A stretch of 20,000 bases of DNA, taken from the IMG/VR virus record IMGVR_UViG_3300014057_000711, one strand, 5' to 3'. The translations under genes and the position numbers were made by a program. The notes beneath the pieces were generated by a model, which saw nothing but the letters and a program-made list of their open reading frames with translations, ran no database searches and was not told the origin of the DNA. Positions 16,374 to 20,000 of the stretch are shown one piece after another (the first letter of the stretch is position 1; each line of letters opens with the position of its first letter). The stretch comes from an uncultured virus (IMG/VR IMGVR_UViG_3300014057_000711). Its lineage: Duplodnaviria; Heunggongvirae; Uroviricota; Caudoviricetes.

Positions 16374-18320
16374 ATGGCTATATCACTTATCATTAACGGA
16401 AAGGAGGCTGCTCTGAAGAAGGGGGCCTCGATTGAGTATGTCTCGGAGAACCGTATCTTCACGGATGCTGATGACTACTCCATGGAGATAGAGCTGCCTC
16501 TTGCGGGATGTCAGCAGAACATCGATATCTTTGGGATGCTGACCCGGAAGGACATCGATGCTGATACGATATTCTTTGACGCTGTGCTGCAGGACACGAA
16601 CTTCTACAAGCGTGGGGCTGTAGTGATCACCGGCATCACGCAGGAGACGGTGAAGGTGCAGTTCCTGGAGAAGCGCTCGTACCAGAACTTCTTTCCTCGC
16701 TTTGACGAGAAGTATATCAATGAGCTTGACCTCGGGGAGTGGCCGAGCATGGCACCAGCGAGTGTGACGCCTCAGCAGATGTGGTCACGATGGCAGGACT
16801 ACACGGCGCTGCCCTGGGTGAACAACTCGTCGGGGGTGCTGCAGAACTGCGCCAGGTGGAATGCTTCTCTCAACCGCTATGAGTGGAAGACTGAGCCAAG
16901 CGATGACGAGGACATGAACTACTCAAAGGGCTTCTCCTTACAGCCGAACCTGCTGTGGCTGACGAAGAAGATCTGTGACGCGCTTGGTTACACCTACGAC
17001 TTCTCCATTTGGGAGAACAGCATCTACAAGTACCTGATGGTGATGAACACCACTCCGTTTGTGTGGTCTACCGGGAAATGGGCTGCTGCTCTGCCGCACT
17101 GGACCATCAATGAGTTCTTCCGTGAGCTGGAGGATTTTCTGCTCTTTGAGTTTGACATTGACCACAAGAAGAGGCATGTCTCGTGCTCGAAGACTTCTTC
17201 TAATGTGGAGTCGGCAGGCACAGTGCACATCGAGAATGTGGTGGATGAGTTCTCGGTGGAGGTTGACACGGAGGACGAGGAAGACTACAAGGCGATGCTG
17301 AACCGTGGTTATGCCAGCACTGGGCACCGACTTGACAACTTCTATTCGTGTGAGTGGTACATCCACAAGCTCACCCGTGAGGATGGCACGGTGAGATGCT
17401 CGGAGTATGAGACGATGAGCGCGCTGCTGAACCATCGGCTTCGTCAGGACTGTATCAGCGACAACATTGATCCTCGGGGAAGCAATCTATACCCAGGTGG
17501 TAAATGGGGACTGCACTATGTTAGGGACAAGGACACATACTTCGTGGTGGAGGTGATGAAGCGGGTGGAGTACCGAACCAAGGAAGGACTTGTGTTTGAG
17601 ACATGGGGCAATGTGTGCCGGCTGGTGCCGGTGAACCGCTTCGGCAATCTGATTCTTGACAGTGAGAACCGTGACAATATAGAGGAGCTGCGCATCGTTC
17701 CTGCATGGATCGATGAGGCTGACAATGAGCTTGGAGCCGTGGTGTTCCTGGAATGTGGCGACAATGGCTACGAGGGGGACACATCACCTGCGCACCATCA
17801 GCATAACCCTGACAATCCCTATACGGCTGATGATGCTGCCATTGACGAGGTGATTCAGTTCGGGGCATGTAGAACGGTATCAAACGGCGAGCGGGACTCG
17901 AAGGACGAGATATTCAGCAATCTGTTTGTGGCGTTCTGGGATGGGGCGACAGCAATGTTCCCACCGCACCTGCCGCATCCGTGGATTGACAGCTTTGACA
18001 CAGACTATTCCTACACGATTCAGAACCAGGACACACCGCAGGGGACGCTGACGATAAACTGGAGAGCAATCTATGCAAATCACAACTTCTCGCTGCGCAT
18101 CAACAACCGAGCCTATGGCCAGGGAGTGGAGCGAACCTCATTCACCAACATCGACCGCAAGAAGAAATACTCTTTCTCTTTCCTGGCAAAGGAAATTCCC
18201 AACGTCCGCTCTACCTTCTTCATCGACGGCAAGAAGTATTTATGTGCCAAAATCGTAGCCACGTTTAGCGAGGATGGCCTGTCCGAACTGATGAAAGGCG
18301 AGTTCTATAAAATCATCTAA
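16374..18320 (+). CDS. Putative phage tail/baseplate protein
   Basis: 648-aa acidic, beta-rich ORF downstream of the tape measure gene; N-terminal L.INGK....ENxIF....DYSxEIELP pattern resembles tail-tip proteins. Confidence 0.55.
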   Translation: MAISLIINGKEAALKKGASIEYVSENRIFTDADDYSMEIELPLAGCQQNIDIFGMLTRKDIDADTIFFDAVLQDTNFYKRGAVVITGITQETVKVQFLEKRSYQNFFPRFDEKYINELDLGEWPSMAPASVTPQQMWSRWQDYTALPWVNNSSGVLQNCARWNASLNRYEWKTEPSDDEDMNYSKGFSLQPNLLWLTKKICDALGYTYDFSIWENSIYKYLMVMNTTPFVWSTGKWAAALPHWTINEFFRELEDFLLFEFDIDHKKRHVSCSKTSSNVESAGTVHIENVVDEFSVEVDTEDEEDYKAMLNRGYASTGHRLDNFYSCEWYIHKLTREDGTVRCSEYETMSALLNHRLRQDCISDNIDPRGSNLYPGGKWGLHYVRDKDTYFVVEVMKRVEYRTKEGLVFETWGNVCRLVPVNRFGNLILDSENRDNIEELRIVPAWIDEADNELGAVVFLECGDNGYEGDTSPAHHQHNPDNPYTADDAAIDEVIQFGACRTVSNGERDSKDEIFSNLFVAFWDGATAMFPPHLPHPWIDSFDTDYSYTIQNQDTPQGTLTINWRAIYANHNFSLRINNRAYGQGVERTSFTNIDRKKKYSFSFLAKEIPNVRSTFFIDGKKYLCAKIVATFSEDGLSELMKGEFYKII

Positions 18321-18343
18321 ATACGCATAGAAATGTGCATGAC

Positions 18344-18694
18344 AGTGTAACACCTACTGTTACACCTGTGGTCACACTTTGTGTGGCCTTTTTTTGTTTG
18401 TATGGTCATCATACGGAATCACCGATGGTTGCACTGGTCAGCGCACCTTTGGTTTCACATAAAGAAGCACTAAATGTAGCACTAAAAGTCATACTGAATG
18501 TTACACATTCTGTTACACTTATTGTCACACTTTAGAGTTTTCATTTTTGTGTGTATAGTCATCATACGGCACCACTGATGGATGCACTAGTCGGTGCACT
18601 TATGGTTTCACTAAATGTAACACAAAAAGTTATACTCAATGTTACGCATTTTGTTACACCTATGGTTACACCTTTTGTCACACTTATAGTCACA
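18344..18694. repeat. Degenerate 12-bp-period repeat array nested in a 153-bp tandem repeat
   Basis: GTCACACTT at 18371, 18524 and 18677; the units differ by whole 12-bp indels. Confidence 0.85.
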
Positions 18695-18732
18695 GAAAAG
18701 GCTGCACTTCTTGTTTCAGAAAATGCAGCCTT
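18695..18732 (-). terminator. Probable integrase terminator
   Basis: AAGGCTGCA (18698-18706) pairs with TGCAGCCTT (18724-18732); short U-run on the - strand, 20 nt after the stop. Confidence 0.65.
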
Positions 18733-18752
18733 AATTAGATAGCCTTTAGGCT

Positions 18753-20000
18753 CTATTTCTTACCATATAACACCCAGTCGAGTACTTTACGGTTAGCTTC
18801 ATCCACTTTCGTCTGGTCAAAGTCAATGTAGATGTCAGTGACTGTGTTTCCACCATGCCCCAGGGCATGGGCTATCGTGTCCTTGGGGATGTCGAGGCTT
18901 GCAGCGATGGTCGCCCAGGAATGACGAGCCCAATAACTAGTGATTTCTGGGAAAAGAGGGTGACGAATTTTCTTGCCACCACGACCTACACGCTCATAAG
19001 GTCCCATCTGCTTTAATGCTTTGTTCATCTTGAGCATGAAATCCTTATGCTTTTTCCATCTATCCAGAATATCAATGAGATAGTCCTTGCCACGGTAACG
19101 CTCAATAATTTCCAACGCTTCGGGCTCAACCTTAATTGAATAAAGGCGATTTGTCTTGGAACGGTAGAACTCAGCCCTACCATCTCTAATCTCTTTAAGA
19201 TTGCATAAATCAATGACATTTATCCCAATGAGCATGAACATAAGCTTGAAAATATCTAAGTATTTCTGCTCACGGACATCACATTTGCAATCAAAAAAAG
19301 TGCGTAACTCGTCAACCTTCAAATTGCGTTTTGGTGTAGCAACAGATCTAATTTTGAAGCGACGAAATGGATAGAAGTTGGTGATCTCGTCATCAATGGC
19401 CTCGTTAAACACCGCACGGATGTTGCGTAAATGAATGTTCCTGGTGTTTTTAGATGGCGACGTCTTCGATAAGAACACATCGAAACTCGTAAGCCATTCC
19501 TTGGTGATGTCCTCGAATGCGAGCTTTCCAAGTTTCTCCTCACTTCCAACAAATGCTACCATCCGTTTATAGGAGTGCATATAAATCTCTTTTGTGCTTT
19601 CTTTCTTACTTCCTGCAAATGAAAGATAACGATAAGCAAAGCGAGTCTTGTCCAACTTGGCCTTTTCCAACCTCTCAGCCTTCTCAGGATTTAAAGCCTT
19701 TTCTACTTCCAACTTTAATTCCTTGACATTCATGGCCGATAAAGTTCCATCATCTTTTAATCTAAAAAGGACTCTATCAGCTATTAGCTTTTTGTTGGTT
19801 AGGTAGAGGTTGATTCTTTCCTTTTCTGGATGATTGATTACTTGACAAGTACCCTTGTCCCATTGATCTACATTAAGCCTTACATCTAAAGATATGTAAG
19901 AAGTTTCTTTTTGATGCGCCAAGGCAATCTTTAAGTCTCCCTGGCCTTGACTGTTCTTTCCCAGTCTCCTCGTTTCGAAGTAAAATCTTGTGTTAGCCAT
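18753..20000 (-). CDS. int: Site-specific tyrosine recombinase / integrase (Bacteroidetes type)
   Basis: 415 aa; N-terminal arm-binding-like domain, central SAM-like domain, RSKT, YWARHSWAT, ALGH and TDIY motifs. Confidence 0.92.
   Translation of the reverse strand: MANTRFYFETRRLGKNSQGQGDLKIALAHQKETSYISLDVRLNVDQWDKGTCQVINHPEKERINLYLTNKKLIADRVLFRLKDDGTLSAMNVKELKLEVEKALNPEKAERLEKAKLDKTRFAYRYLSFAGSKKESTKEIYMHSYKRMVAFVGSEEKLGKLAFEDITKEWLTSFDVFLSKTSPSKNTRNIHLRNIRAVFNEAIDDEITNFYPFRRFKIRSVATPKRNLKVDELRTFFDCKCDVREQKYLDIFKLMFMLIGINVIDLCNLKEIRDGRAEFYRSKTNRLYSIKVEPEALEIIERYRGKDYLIDILDRWKKHKDFMLKMNKALKQMGPYERVGRGGKKIRHPLFPEITSYWARHSWATIAASLDIPKDTIAHALGHGGNTVTDIYIDFDQTKVDEANRKVLDWVLYGKK

Larger units (their letters stand above)
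1..20000. mobile_element. Segment of an integrated Bacteroidales prophage / phage-like element; both boundaries probably lie outside the window
   Basis: Tape measure protein, holin-amidase-spanin cassette, head-tail-like genes and a tyrosine integrase; no host housekeeping genes. Confidence 0.9.

Noticed and set aside
18344..18694. Possible CRISPR array
   Set aside because: Degenerate contiguous 12-mers with no constant repeat and unique spacers; no cas genes
1..20000. tRNA/rRNA genes, att core sites and stop-codon recoding
   Set aside because: No cloverleaf or rRNA signature recognised; att sites need flanking sequence; genes are intact under the standard code and TAA, TAG and TGA all act as stops

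Overview
Part of an integrated phage-like element (prophage) from a Bacteroidales host, judged from TAnnTTTG-type promoters, AT-rich leaders without Shine-Dalgarno sites and a Bacteroidetes-type integrase. The + strand carries a 5'-truncated probable portal gene, four probable head-tail joining/completion genes, a tail-fibre-like gene, a lysis cassette (holin, unknown gene, amidase endolysin, u-spanin-like lipoprotein), a tape measure gene, a low-GC lipoprotein moron and a probable tail gene. A convergent tyrosine integrase lies on the - strand at the right edge. The most unusual part is about 3.6 kb of almost non-coding DNA (7860-11499) splitting the morphogenesis module. It holds a ~200-nt hairpin with ssDNA-promoter-like architecture in front of a small acidic ORF, then ~2.6 kb of GC-rich stem-loops with recurring stems, two internal duplications and strand-biased GC-GNA-GC DNA mini-hairpin motifs, which suggests a function as folded single-stranded DNA or as a large ncRNA. 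Also seen: an element-specific promoter motif (GTCTTTT-N20-TAnnTTTG, three copies), two candidate - strand sRNAs, and a 12-bp/153-bp repeat array next to the integrase. Protein family calls come from motif recognition and gene context only; no database searches were run.
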